From assembly GCF_009914755.1 (NCBI RefSeq), contig NC_060930.1: DNA of 64,000 nucleotides; one strand, 5' to 3'. The notes under the pieces are model-generated. The model saw nothing but the letters and a program-made list of their open reading frames with translations. It was not told where the DNA came from and did no database searches. Every line of letters starts with the position of its first letter. Position 1 is the stretch's first letter. The translations under genes and the position numbers were made by a program. This document shows, piece by piece, positions 29,170 through 48,939 of this stretch. Origin of the DNA: the human T2T-CHM13v2.0 reference genome, Homo sapiens.

Positions 29170-31721
29170 CACTATTTGTTATTTCTAATTCCAAAATTAC
29201 AGTGCTGTGGGCAACAATTATTGGGTACCATTAATTGCTAAGTATTCTCATCCTCTTTGTTCTATTATTGAGAGGTCAGGAGGGTTGAAAATGGAAGGAG
29301 GACTTTCATGGTGGGAATATTGAAGGATAGCACAAAATGGCATGAGAGGTAGGGAGATGTGAGGGAATGACTAGGTAGAGTGGCCTTTTCTTTTTTTGCT
29401 TGTTGTTTTGCTTGCTTTGTTTGCTTTCATAATTACAGAGGCAAATTTCAAGCTAAAAATGATTGGGAAATGATCCTTGACAAAATATCTAAGTTGTCTC
29501 AAAATTCCTAATAACAAGCCACCTAGTAACAGAGTAAATGAGTAGTATTTGTTTTATGAATATGAAAATTACCACTTTCACGGCTTAAATCCTGGTTTAA
29601 ACATGAGACTCCTAGATGATTTTTGCTCTGCCGTGTAGACTTCTTTCCTTTATCCCAAGAAAATTCATTAATGTAAAAAACCTGCTTACCTTTCATGTAA
29701 TGTATAGTTGGATATTGCATAATCATCTATATTTTATACTTTTCCAAAAAAGGATCTTCACATTTATATGCCGCTGTATATATTTTTCAGCCTCAGGTAA
29801 AAGAAATACAAAAAGTTTTCTTCTCAAACTAAAGTTTGGCATTTTTCTACGCAGATTTAACTTTTTACTGCAGATGTACTCATATAATTTTTATACCATT
29901 TACCAGTTGGCTGCAATCCAATTCTCAACCTCTATTATTTCTGTAGCATATACCAAGAAATTTAATTTATGTATTAATCTTTTTGCTAAAGGCTTTCTTC
30001 CTACTAAGAAGATGGAAGACAGATTAACATAAATCCCTTCAAACAGAGTCCCAGCACGAATGCACCACAAAACAGGCAATACTTTTTCAAATTTCTAGTG
30101 TGATGGTCACACAGTACAAGAAAACTTCAGACTTTTCACTTGTAAAACTAAATGCCTAATCAAGTACAGTATAAATACTTTTATTTTGAAGCAAAGATGC
30201 AGAGTGGAGAATTAAAAATACAAAGTTTTGTTAGTTTCTCTATCTCTCCCCTTCCAAATGAACCACATTATATGTATGCGTTTGAAGAGAGAAGAAAAAA
30301 TTGACAGAGAAAATGATACTACTGTTTCTAGAGTCAGCTTGTTGGAATTTGTGTCTTCCTATCAAAAATGACAGAGGCAATCAAAATCAAAACTTCTTGA
30401 TTATAAAGACATCATCTCCAATTATAAGCAGAGCAAAACACAATAGGTGTTTATTACTGAAATGTAGCTGGTGGCTGTAAGATGATAATTTTACAATAAT
30501 AAAATAATGTTATTTATTATTTATACAGCAAAATCAATAAATGTAAAAGAAGAAATTAAAATTTATGTAATGAATTTAATATCTCAGGAATTAGTGGGAA
30601 CAGAAAGATTAAAGTTAGTACCGAATATGAGATTTGCAGATTCAGTATGTGGCATTGAATATTCTAATCGTAGTAGTTGAATTGGTCAATATGACAAAAA
30701 TGTAAATAAAAGATATAGGACAAAGAGATCAATATGTGAACATTGACCTCATTAGATCAGAGAATCAGGTGTAAAGAGTAAACAAAGAACAGTAAAAACC
30801 AGAGGTCAGCATAGTATAACACAACCCAAAAATGTTTACCGATAATGTTCAGTGAAGGTTATGTCTTGTCAGTAATAGCAGAAATCATTGTGTGATGAAA
30901 GCTAATCTGAGACTGAGCACAGCACATAAGAGATCTGGGAGCTTAAGATAGCAAATGAGCGAGGATCTGTAAGAAATCCAAAAAAATTAAACCACAGGAT
31001 ACAGAAAAAAAAAATAAGGCAGCACGAGGACTGAGATTATTGTCTCTAGACACCTGTGAAGAGACAACTTGCCATTCCTTTATTGTGGAAGAATTAGAAA
31101 CTAATTAATACTTTACCTGTGACACATTCATGGTAATTCAGTGTATATATGCATTTAAATAATTATTACACAAAATTTTATTAAATGATACATAGGGTGT
31201 TTTCTTTTTGCATTATTCTTTCTGGTTTCTAATTCCATGGTTAATAAAGTGTCATGGCATTGCAAATGAGACATGTCTAAGATAAATTTGGCAGCTGGCC
31301 ATATGATTTGTATCTTGGGGCCTAGGCAGGCGGGGTTTTTGTATAGATCTTCTGAGTTGCCATATAGGCAAACCCATATTACTCCAAGGGTGCCTGAAAA
31401 CTAGTTCTATTTTGTTACTATGAAGTAATTGACTCCTACATGTGACTCTGAAAAGGGAAATGATTATTTGCTATTTCAGTGAGCCCATTGTAGCGCTTAA
31501 TACAACCTTTCTGTCTAAGTCGTTTCCTTGGTTTTATATTTCATTCCTAAGAAAACACAAGTTATCTAAGCATACTTTACAATGAATAACCAAGAACAGA
31601 GGAAAGGCCATGGCAGGTAGAATAAATAAAAAGAAAAGTTTATTCATATATTTTTTACTTATCATTTGAATTTGGAACATGACTTTTTTAAAAACAAACA
31701 AACAAAAAACCCTACTTTACT

Positions 31722-32100
31722 TTCTTAGTCCACTTGGGCTGCTGTAACAAAATACCATAGGTGGAGTAGCTAACAAACAGGCATTTATTTCTCACAGTTC
31801 TGGAGGCTGAGGAGTTCAAGATCAAGGTGTCTACAGATTTGGCTCTTGATAATGATCCTCTTCCTAGCTTGCAGACAGCCACCTTCTCACTATGTACTCA
31901 CATGACTGTTCCTCAGTGCATGCTCATGGAAAGAGAGAGAGAGAGAGAGAGAGATCTTCCTCTTCTTCTTATATAGGCACTAATCTCATTATGAGAGTGT
32001 GACCCTTGCTAATCTAATTATTTAGCTTCCAAAGGCCCTACCTTTCAATACCAACATGTTGGGGGTTAGGGCTTCAGCATATGAATTGAGGGAGAGTACT
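31722..32100 (-). mobile_element. MLT1A-type LTR containing (GA)n
   Basis: tcttagtcca...gggctgctgtaacaaaatacca...ttctcacagttctggaggctg...ttcagcatatgaatt. Confidence 0.82.
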
Positions 32101-32952
32101 AATTCTCTACATTTTTTCATTTTCTAATATTTTATTTTTTTCTTAAGCATGACTCTTCCAATATTTCTAAATTCTGGAAGGAAGAAATGGACAGATCAAT
32201 GCTCTGCCCTTCTTTTTATTTTAAATTCAAATCTTAGATTACAATTTTATAGCCACAAATATTCTCTCTCTCTCCTCCCTTTCTCCATTCTCTCTATTTC
32301 TTATTATTATTTGTTTAAAGAGGATTAAAAAAATGACTTACAAGAACCCATCGCAATTTATTTTTAGAGGACAACTGTCTCAGATGGAAGACAGACTGAA
32401 ACTCTTTGCAAACAAAGTTGTAAAAGGAACTTTTTTATATGCTGAAATCAGTTGTCTTTTAAAAACATTATTTATAAACAGATTTTTGTTATTCCCTGCA
32501 ATGCATCATTATAGCAAATATGGTCAGTGCCACATACACATCTTTCACATTTAGCCTTTTAGGCCATGACCCCCCAAATTCCACCTTCTAGTATAGAATA
32601 TTATGTGCCTGGGCACTCTCTCAGCACAAGAGCCCATTCAGGCTGAGCCCAGCACTGACAAACATGTTGAGAACTTAATGGTACAGTGGCATGGATAAAG
32701 GTCCCAACTGCCTCAGCTGTGAGCTATGTGTTCTACACTTGTTCTTAAAGTTCGCTAGAACAATCAAGTTCTAGTTGCCCACAGTAGTAATGTTCTTGAT
32801 AACATATATTTAATGTCCCCTCCTCCTTTCTTCTTTCTTGTCTCACTTCCCTACACAAGTAAACTGCTTCTCCTCAAAACTTAGCTTAGGATCTAATTCT
32901 GAGAGAATTCAGACTAAGTCTGCCTCATTCCAAATATTTATGAAAATGGTGA

Positions 32953-33295
<343 letters not shown>

Positions 33296-33727
33296 AGGAA
33301 AGGAATTTTCTTATGGAACTTTAAATGTAAATGTAAGGCTAGTGATTCAAAACAAGGAAAATTCTGTTAAACTGAGCTGAAGCAATGGTATTTTATCATC
33401 TAAATTTCACTATTTTCAATTAGGTTTAAAAACAAAAGTTTAAAAATGTTCTTATTAAAGGTCTCACAATACTTTTCTGGTTCTATTGACTCTTTATTTT
33501 AGTTCACTTAAATTCATTTTATTTCAGATGTTCATTATACCCAGACAGAGTGAATAATACCAGAATAAATAAATAAATAAGTAAGTAAGTAACTAAATAA
33601 ATAAAGGTCACTTCCCCTGAAGAGCTTAAATAGTAGGTATGGTATCTATATGAAACAGAATTAACCATCACTGAATATCATGCTTAGGCCTTTGAAATAA
33701 TTGGAATTAGATGAAAATGTAATTTTG

Positions 33728-34050
33728 GGCTGGATGCTGTGGCTCACTCCTGTAATCCCAGCACTTTGGGAGGCTGAGGAGTGGGAATCACGAGGTCAGG
33801 AGTTCAAGACCTGTCTGGCCAACATAGTGAAACCCCATCTCTACTAAAAATACAAAAAATTAGCTGGGTGTGGTGGTGTGCACCTATAATCCCAGCTACT
33901 CCGGAGGCTGAGGCAGCAGAATCGCCTCAGCGATTGAACCCAGGAGGCGGAGGTTGCAGTGAGCCGAGATCGCACCATTGCACTCCAGCCTGGGTGACAA
34001 TGCGAGACTCTGTCTCAAAAAAAAAAAAAAAAAATTTAAAAAAAAGATAG
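33728..34050 (+). mobile_element. AluS with small internal insertion
   Basis: Full dimer with poly-A; 12-bp TSD gaaaatgtaatt (33713 and 34054). Confidence 0.96.
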
Positions 34051-34129
34051 AAAGAAAATGTAATTGTTATAATGGAAAAATTGAGAAATTCTATTTTATA
34101 GGTCCTCTACTGGGATCACTATATTTCCT

Positions 34130-35075
34130 CTCAATATCAGATCCTATGACTTCAACTGCCAGCCAATTGCTAATGTATCCTAAATTTATTTCTCCATCCT
34201 TGACTACTCTTCTGAGTTCTAAAATTATATATCTTACTTACTACTTTCTGTTTCTATTTTGATGTCTAACAGGCATGTCAAATCCGTTATGGTTAAATTA
34301 TACCTCTTTTCTTTGGCCCTCAAACCTATTTATCCCCAATTTTTTCGGTAAATATGTAGAGAGTCCATTTATGTAACCAGTTGTTCAAGAACCTCAGCCT
34401 TACTAAATTCAGCAGGTAGTCATGTTGCCTGTAGCCTTCAACCTACCTTGCTAATGGACTATTCTCTCTATCCTCATTGTCCTCTGACAACCTAAGCCTG
34501 TATCACTTCTCCTTTGGGATCATTATTCTTTCATTCTTACTTCCGTATAAGCCATTCTCTGCTTAGCAGCCAGAATGATCTTTCTACAAGATAAATTCAA
34601 TCACGCTTCTTCCCTTTTAAAAATCCCACAGTGACTTCTATCACAATTAACATAAAGATTCCTTGCCATTACTTCTATCTCCAATCTCATCTTCTACTAC
34701 TGTTTTCCTCACTCACCATGTTCCATATAAACCATACCTAAAAGCCTTTTGATGTATTTCAAACAAACCAAATTTCTATTTACTTTAGAGTCTTCATACT
34801 TCACATCTGAAATACTTTGCATATCTGCACAGGTTGGCTTCTTCTTTCTACTCAGTTTAAACATTCCTTCCTTATTGAGGCTTTCTTAGCACCCAATTTA
34901 AAGTAGCCCCATCTGGGTACTCTTTGTGGCACTAGGTGTAAATACCCCTAGTTTACTAGTATCATCAGATTGTCTTGTAAGTTTCACAGCTAAAGGGACC
35001 TCACTGTGCTGGCCACCACTGTATTTTCTAGCACTTATATCACTACCACATATCAAACAGGTGCTCAATGAATAT
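34130..35075 (+). mobile_element. L2 LINE 3' fragment
   Basis: Pyrimidine-rich L2 phrases (cagcagccagaatgatcttt, ...ggtgctcaatgaata). Confidence 0.7.
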
Positions 35076-36489
35076 ATACGTATAATGAGTATATAAACGA
35101 ATAAATAGAAAGAAATGAATTTCCTGATAATGAGAAATGCTGAGAGAAAAAAACAAGAGGGAAAGGGAAGATGATTGTGGAGGAACATTCATCAGGTAGG
35201 ACTTTCTGAATGAGGTGAGTCACATTTGAACTTGAAGAAACATGGGCTTTGTCCTTGGAAGGGAAGACAAATGTATGCAATAGACCTGTATTTCAAATAG
35301 ATATTTGGAGATGACCAGAGCTATTTCTAGAATGTGAAAAAGGAACATTATTGGAGTAGGGAGGGGGGCGTTGTTGAGCAAGATTGGTAAAAGTAGGTTT
35401 TAGTCTATAGGCTGCCTAGTTCAGATTCAGCCTAGGGAATGGAAGTTTGTACTGGTGAATGAATTACATTTTTAAAAATCTGAATAATTTAGCACCTCAT
35501 CTCTGAATAAAAGCCTTATGGTGTCTGATATCTCAAGTGTTTTTCTAAATCGGTGCCTGGAACAAGATGTTAAAAGCAAGAGCTTTGGAGACAAACAGAT
35601 GTGAGAGTGTATGCAGGCATCAATTTGCCAGTTGTCTGACATTGAACAGTTACTTAATCTCACCTCCTGAACTCCAAATTGCAGTTTTTTTACAAGATTA
35701 ATTTTAAGAATATAAATAACTCAAAGCCATGAGTGACACCAGAAGGATTAATAAATGTGTGATCATTATCATATTAATATGTTAAAGCATAGTATCTGAT
35801 GTGAGTTTCAAACCTGTTATTGAAATTGCTCATTTCACTATAGTAGTACCAGCCAGCTCATTATCTTGTCTCTCCACCCACCACACGGGTGCTGACAAAC
35901 GTTGGTATCACTGATAAAAATGGTAGGGTAAGCTTAGTTTTAGAAATGTTTTGTAATGGAGAAAAATAAGTAGAATTATCTTATAGGTGGCAGAATACTG
36001 ACATTTTGGATGTAACAAATTGCATTTGGCTAAACACTTAAGTGAAATTTTAAAAACTAAACTATGTAAGTTAACTTTCTTAGTCAGATCTTTGTACTCA
36101 ACTAATAATGGAATGACTGCATTCTTGAAAAGTTCATTCATTCACTCACACTCACTGAGCACTGACATTGTGCCAATCAATGGTCCATGTGCTGAGAAAA
36201 TAGTGCTTAAAAGCAGACATGACCCTTGGCTCTCATTGAGCTTATGGTATTGTGGAAAAGACAATTAATAAATAATTCAAAAAACTAAAATTACACAGTG
36301 ATAAGTGCTATAAAAGAGAGTTACATGATTCCATGGAATTCCATAATGAAGAAAGCTTACTAGAAATATAAATTTCTATAAAAATATTTATAGGTTCCAT
36401 TAACTTGAATTAAATGCATGGCAAACTGAGAAAATGGATCTATTATAAACCTAGTTAAAAAACATTTTTTTAAATATTTTTTCTTGGTA

Positions 36490-41796
<5,307 letters not shown>

Positions 41797-42029
41797 CTAA
41801 ATGTTTTTAATGAGAATTTACTGAGACTATATTTAGCTGTTTTTCATGTTGACACAGTACAAGAAATTAAACATGGTCATTTGGTCTTTATCATTTACTA
41901 TATATGCACGCACATGTACATATATGCATGTATGAATGGATGCATGTACATATATAAACACTTGTGGTGCTTCATTCACGCCAGGATTTCTCAACTTACC
42001 TTCTCCAATAGAATGTTTACCTCAATAAG

Positions 42030-42402
42030 AATATGTAGGAGCTGAAAAGTTAATCTCATGGAGGTAGAATAGAAGAGTATTTACCAAAGGCTGGGAAGGG
42101 TATGTATATTGGAGGGAGATGAAGAGAAGTTGATAAATAAGTACAACCATACAGTAAGACAGAAAGAATAAGTTATAATGTTCTATAGCAGAGTGGGGTG
42201 ACCATAGTTAATAACAATGTGTTGTATATTTCAAATAGCTAGAAGAGAGGTTTTGAAATGTTCCCACCACATAGAAATGATAAGCGCTTGAGGTGATGGA
42301 TAGCCTAAATACACTGACTTGATCATTATGCAATTCTATGCATGTAACAAAATATCACAGGTATTCCATAAATATGTACATTATTATATATCAATCAAAA
42401 AA
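42030..42402 (+). mobile_element. L1MA 3' UTR fragment
   Basis: ttaccaaaggctgggaagg...tgtatatttcaaatagctagaagagagg...ataaatatgtacattatt. Confidence 0.85.
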
Positions 42403-42749
42403 GAATTAAATATCAATCAAAAAAATCTACAATTCCTAGTGCTTGTGCAACACAAGTTCTCCCTCCTGTTTGACCGTTTTGAGAAACTGCTTGTGAAGTG
42501 GTGCTTTTATATCAAGCATCACCAGACTTCACTTCCATTTGTAAGTCAATGACCCATAATAAATTCTACAGTTTAACAATTTTTCGTAAGTCTAGAACTA
42601 TATATGCAAATTGATACTAGATATTGGCATCTAAGTGTCACTTCTTTGGGGACTAAATTCAAAGTATCTGAAACTGTTATTGTTGTTCTTCAATTTGGAT
42701 TCTCCTCATGTAATCCAATACTTGGTGAATATCCTCACCATCCATCTCG

Positions 42750-43132
42750 GTACCTATGTAACTTTGCTAAAACTTCCATAACAAAATACCACAGCCTGGG
42801 TGGCTTAAATAACACGTTTTGGGGTTACAAGAGCAAGGTAAAAGTACTGGAAGGTTTAGTTTCTTCCAAGGCTCTTCTTCTTGGCCCACAGGTGGCCCCC
42901 TTCTCACTGTGTTCTTGCTTGATGTTTATCTCTGTGCATCCCTCATGAATCTTTGTGTGCCCAGATTTCCTCTTCTACAGGCTTCCAATCAGATTGAATT
43001 AGGGTCCACCCTAATGGCCTCATTTTACGTTAATAATTTCTTTAAAAGCTCCAAATACAGTCACATTCTGAGATACTAGGGGGCAGGTCTTCAATACAGG
43101 AATTTTTGGGGGACACAGTTCAGCCCATAGTA
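42750..43132 (-). mobile_element. MLT1B-like LTR
   Basis: ccataacaaaataccacagcctgggtggcttaaa...cagtcacattctgagatactag...ggggacacagttcagcccata. Confidence 0.82.
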
Positions 43133-44257
43133 GTACCCACATCAGAGTGTTAGAGGCTATTCTAGAAGCTTTACTTTTCCTCATTACTTAATATTCAATT
43201 TGTGAACAGGTATTATCAACGTCAACTCTTGAATGTTATCATATCTTACCTCTTCTTTCTATTCTCACTGCTGCTGCCTTAGATACATTCCTAATCCTCT
43301 CTTGGCTATATTGCATAAATATTCTAATTTTTTCCTCCTCCAATCTAGTTCTGTCTCCATGTTGTCCTCTACATTATTATTAGAGCAAGCTTCTTAGTTT
43401 TCAACATTGAAGCCCTTCAACGGCCAGCCCTTGCCATTGCCCTTGCTGCTGCCTGTAGAAACTATTCCTAGCACTGTTTCACCCTAATGATTTCAGGTTG
43501 GTTCTTTTAAGGGTATGAGGCAAGTTCTTTCCACGAATATGTACACATCATTACTCAGGCAAAGAATCCAAGAACGTTCTCTATCATTTCTGAAACCCTT
43601 CTCTGGGCAGCTGACTTCTTTCTCTGTTATTCTGTTTCATAAAGTTTAGCTTCCTTCACCTTTTTGAAATAGAATTTTCTGTCTTCTCAACTCAATGACA
43701 CTGCCATGCTCTGTTTAGATTTCCCTGTTCTGCACTGTGGCCTGGAAACTGCCTCCAGGCATTAAGCTGGGACAAGCCTTGTGCTCGTCTCATTTGTTTT
43801 TCTGCTGTCAGGGATCACAATTCCATGCTTCCTGATGTCCAGTATCTGAAAACTGTGGCTTCATATATTTTTATCCAGTTTTTTTTTTAGTTGTTTGAAA
43901 GGTAGGAGAATGAATACAGTCCCTGTTAAAATTCTATTATAATCAGAAATAGAAATTTAGCAATATGTATTTTTTAAAGACAAAAATATGGGTTTATATT
44001 GATATTTACAGTCATATTTAAGAATATGCTCTCTTTTTTAAAATGTATGCTTCTTTGTTAGCATAATTATTTTGTCATACAGCATGTATATAATAATTTC
44101 AAAATAACAATTTTATTGTAACTAGAAACCAATGAAAAAACTGAAATATGATTAATTTTTTTAGCATATATCCCATTGAAGACACTATGATCTAAGTCAG
44201 ATGGAATTATTGTTTTCTTCTCTGACAGATTCCAATAGAGGAACATTTTGCATTATA

Positions 44258-44605
44258 CAGGTATTTCTCAAAACTGTCAAGGTCATCAAAAATAAAAAAA
44301 GTCTGAGAAACTGTCACAGCCTAGGAGAAACCTACAGGAGACATGATAACTAGATATAATGGGATGAGATGCTAGCATGCGCATACACACACACACACAC
44401 ACACAAGTAGATAAAAACTAAGGAATCTGAATAAACCATGGATATTATTTAATAGGAAAGTATCGGTTTATTCGTGGTAACAAATGTACCATACTAATGT
44501 AATACGGTAATAATAATGGAAAGTATATGTGTGGTGAGGGCATCTATGGAAATTCTCTGTACTATCTACTTAATTATTCTGTAATTTTAAAACTGTTCTA
44601 AAAAT
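44258..44605 (+). mobile_element. L1MC/L1MD 3' fragment containing (CA)n
   Basis: ctcaaaactgtcaaggtcatcaaaa...ctgagaaactgtcacagcc...aaaactaaggaatctgaataaa. Confidence 0.75.
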
Positions 44606-44649
44606 AGTCTACTCAATTTTTAAAAAGCTGATTTAAAACCAAGTAGTTT

Positions 44650-44705
44650 CATACCATTATACTCCAGACTGGGCGACAGAGCAAGACCCTGTCTCAAAAG
44701 AAACA
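44650..44705 (+). mobile_element. Alu 3' fragment
   Basis: actccagactgggcgacagagcaagaccctgtctcaaaa. Confidence 0.8.
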
Positions 44706-46228
44706 GACAGACAAAAAGCTTAGTAGCTGTTAATAGTAGTGAATCTTTGTTTTCCTTTACTTTCTCTCATAAAATTACATATTGCTTAATTTGAAATTAT
44801 TTTATAACTTAAATGAATAGAATATATATTAATTTCAGAATATATATTAATTTCAGAATATATTTTAATATATACACATAAAAATAAATCTGTTTATATT
44901 TTCCCAATATGTTAATTCTATGGTGAGAACAATTAAAGCATTTTAAGTGGAAAAAAAATCATAGTTCTTTCACTAATTGTACCAACATTTTTAATGTAAA
45001 AATTTCCATGAGTTCTGAGTCTTTTTAAAAAATTTTCTATTCTATTTACTTTCTCTTCTTGTTTAATTTAATTTTATTATAATTATTTATTTTATTATTT
45101 CTGATCTATTTGCTTTCCCTGCTCATCTGTTAATACTGCACTGTTTAAATTACAGAGATGTTTAATATTTATTTAAGGATCATGGTATTTTTATACATTG
45201 ATATGTAACTTAGGAGCCAAGATGCCATATGCATTAGTTCATGGAATTGCCAATTTACAAAGAAGCCAACATTATTGAAATGATATTTCTTTCTAGCTAA
45301 AGAACTTGACACATATTTCCATAGTAAATGTATTACTACAGCATTCTCAATATAGTTTTTGCAATGGCTATATTTAGGTTTCCTGAAAATGAAAGTTTAT
45401 TTTTTAGGTGTGAGTTTGTTTACATATTTAACTTTTAAAATATCTTGATATCCACTTTTAGCTAGGTGTGTGTACAGTTACAAGTTACTTTAGAGAAGTC
45501 TAATTGAATGTGTATTACAGTTCTTATACTATAAAATAAAATGTTACATATTCAGAAAATGTTCTACTCATCTTCAAATTGGATAAATCAAATAATACTA
45601 TTAACTTATTTAGTTTTTTATGCTGTTAGCTTGCCTTGTATGAGGCTTGAATCACACACGCTTTGAAGACTATATGCTCAGATAAAGTATGTTTAAGAAG
45701 ATCACACTAAAGCATGGTGCCTCCGAAATAAAAAGAAGTTGAGGGAATAGCTCTCTGGGTTGCAGATAAATAAATTTGTATTCAATACCAGCTGTTGATA
45801 GCTATTTAAATGTTACTTGGGCCTTTGGAGTATTAAAGGGCAGGCATCACATTTATAATGTTAAAAGTTTCTGAGTAAATTAAAGGTGCAAATGTGCTTA
45901 GCAATTAGCAGTGCTGAAAACACATATTACTGATTTAAAGTTCTTCCATATCATGTATTTTATAAGAAAGTTTGAAATTTTAATGTTGAGGTTATTCATA
46001 TTTTAATTTAGCCTGAGGCAGACACAGCAAGATTTGGAATGCATAGCTTCCTTCTGGTTGTATTATAGTCTTTCACTGATATCAGCCAAATTGGATTTTG
46101 CAAAGCTTACATTATTGCATTTCAGAAATTTTAGGTCATGCCATGTTCATTTTTTAACTTTAATTTATGCATATTTGCCTTTCACTGTTCATTTAATGAA
46201 AACATAAGCCAGCTGGAAGTTCTCAGTG

Positions 46229-47305
46229 TTTCTCTAGTCAGAAAAGCCAGCATCAGGGACAGAGTTGTGTGAAGAGGAATATACTATTTCAGAACTATCC
46301 CAGCATAATTGGAAAGCCTATATATAGACTGTTATCCAGTACAATAAATTGGCATCTGATCCAATCTATTAATAAACAGCATAACCAAGTCAATGGCAGA
46401 GTAGAGGAATAAGAGGCACAAGAGGGTGGCAAAAGACAGTTTGAGAAGAATGCATATAAAAGACTACTGCCTCATCCCTACTTCCTCATGAGGTGTGCCA
46501 TCTCCTGCTTTCAGAGTAGACTCTAAACTCATTATCTTGCTTAGGGTTGCTCTAATGAGTCAGTGAGGTGACAAGACAGCAGATGGGATGAATAAACAAT
46601 TACACAGCTCCTTAAAAATTTGTCCCCTCTGCCGCTTGAGTAAGAGGAAATTTAGTCAGGGTGAGATAATGAGTTAAGGTGGAAAAATGCTTGCTAGGTG
46701 GCATCCGCCTCAATAGTTGATCCCTCACCCCACCAATGCACAAAATATGATAACTTGCCCAAAGAAACTGTTCATTCTCATGAAACACAAACTTAATTGA
46801 AAACCATGTGCTTTATTGTACATAATTTTGTGTCCTGGGTGCATAAGTATTTCGCAGAATTCTTTTTGGTTAGTATTGACAAATATAGAAAAGACCATTA
46901 AGTATTTCATAAGTATTAAATCTGACACGTTGTTATTTTATAGCATCAGTGTGTGTATACTCATTGCCAGAAAATGGTGGATTAAAGACAGTTACTACAA
47001 AAGTTGGCATTTGTTATATTGTCAAGATTTGCCAAAAAAAATTTTAATATCTAAAACTTAGTCTTAACATTAGAATTACTATTTAAATAAATAAATGCTT
47101 AAATACATATTTACACATACACATAAATATTTCTTTAAGTAGATATTCTATTATATTAAATTTCTATTTTCTGTAGTTGGAAAAGCCAACATCATGAACA
47201 GAGTTGTGTGAGGAGAAATATACTGTTACAAAACTATTTTAGCATATACCAGACTGTAATCTAGCATAATAAGTTCACATCTGATTCAATCTGTTAATGG
47301 TAAAT
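46229..47305 (+). repeat. Dispersed direct duplication of a ~130-bp exon-like unit (46229-46373 and 47167-47298)
   Basis: Shared gaaaagcca.catca...acagagttgtgtga.gag.aatatact...agactgt.atc...catctgat.caatct.ttaat. Confidence 0.85.
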
Positions 47306-48399
47306 ACTAATATTTTAATTAAAATTTAAGTGATTATTATTTTAATTAATACATTGATATTAATATCTATTTAAATAGATGTTTTGATAAACATTTATAT
47401 AATGAATATGATAGCATTAAATTGTAGGGTAAATTAAACATCTCTTTGATATTTGTTTGAGACTATGAAGTTGACATATGTGGACAGATAGCAAGAGTAA
47501 TATTTGTCTTTATACTCTAAAAATTGCAGCTGTTCATACATTGAAATATGTGTTGCATTTTAACCAGCAACAGATTTGTAGAACCATTTCATTATCTGAA
47601 AACAAAAAAAAGTTGTTATTAAATATTTGCTGTATACTATTTTTAGAGTCCTTTTTAATGTGGTTTTTACTCTAGCTTTTTCGATGGCATGTTTTTATTA
47701 AAGGATCCACATTTTTTCTTGCAGCTGGACCACAGCAAAGTTCATAGGCAGCCAAGGCAAGGAAGAAAATTTGCTATGTGTAAAATAAAATATTTGACAG
47801 TAAATTGAATCTTGGCTAACTGATAAACCATATATATATTTACTATAAGTCACTGAGTAATTATTAGGAATTTGCCTTTATGTTGTAAAAGAGAAATCAG
47901 ATGTTGACATTATTTCTCTTAAATACATTGTGCTTTCCTTTGCATTGATAAAAACGTGAAGAAAAAAATAGAATTTTAAAATTTCTCTTAAGAATGGTAG
48001 CAATGCCATTTATGTCCCCTGTATATAAATTTTGGATGCTGGAGATAAAGCCCTGTTCCTTGGCCCAGGGCTCAGCAATCTTTGGAACAGAGCTTTCTGG
48101 ACTCTCTGGCACATACCACACCCCAAACTGGCAAATGCTCATATCTGCAAAGGTCAATGTACTATGAGGGTTGGAACAATCCCTGATGACTAAGATGGGA
48201 AAAGAAAAATCAAAGTACAAAGCAAGCATAATGTCATTGATCAAATTTTGTTTGAGAAATAGCTGTGATCCAAATCTTTAGTTCAGTCTGACATGCACTT
48301 TCTATATGTGGTGTAGACTCATAGTTACAAAAAAAGTACGTAAAAAGTTTTATTCACAAAAAGTTAAATCTGTTGGTAGACACAATGTCTGTCACACTT

Positions 48400-48930
48400 G
48401 GACAAACCACCCATTTGTTAATCACTCCCAGATTAATATCTCTAGGTTGGAAATCTTCCCTAAACTGTAGACTCAACGTCCAGCTATCTACTTGACACTA
48501 GAGGGTTTAATAGCCCCCAATTAATATGTCCTCATAGAACCCCTAAAACTTTCTTCACACTCAAACTTCTCCATGCTGGTCGATGGCAATGCCATCCTTC
48601 CAGCTGGCTCAGGCCAAGAGCTTTGGAGCCTTTATAACCCCTCCCTTTCTCTCATCCTGCCTACCTGGTCCATCATATAGACTCTTGGCATCATTGTCAC
48701 TCACCTGGATATTCTGAGAGCCTCCTAACTACTTTCGCTGCATCCGTCGTAACTGCCTTCCCACACAGTTTTTTTCAATACAGCAGTTAGAATGATTCTT
48801 TAAAAACATCCGTCTGATTATGTCATACTTCTATTCAAAACCCTCCAATAGCTTCCATATCACTTGGAGTAAATACCAAAGTCCTTAAAATGGGCACAAG
48901 ATCCTACCAAATGAAACTCCCTATTTCTTC
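48400..48930 (+). mobile_element. L2 fragment
   Basis: ctacttgaca...ccatccttccagctggctcaggccaa...cagcagttagaatgattcttt...ccaaagtcctt. Confidence 0.7.
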
Positions 48931-48939
48931 TCTTGGGAA

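Noticed and set aside
29616-30032. 138-aa ORF in non-repeat sequence, with a minus-strand donor-like AAG|GTAAGC at ~29690
   Set aside because: F/I/L/K-rich composition is typical of AT-rich chance ORFs; no convincing matching acceptor
31269-31278. Perfect p53 half-site AGACATGTCT
   Set aside because: No adjacent second half-site
46691-46704. CTCF-like TTGCTAGGTGGCAT
   Set aside because: Lacks the conserved 5' CC of the core motif; cannot be supported without ChIP data
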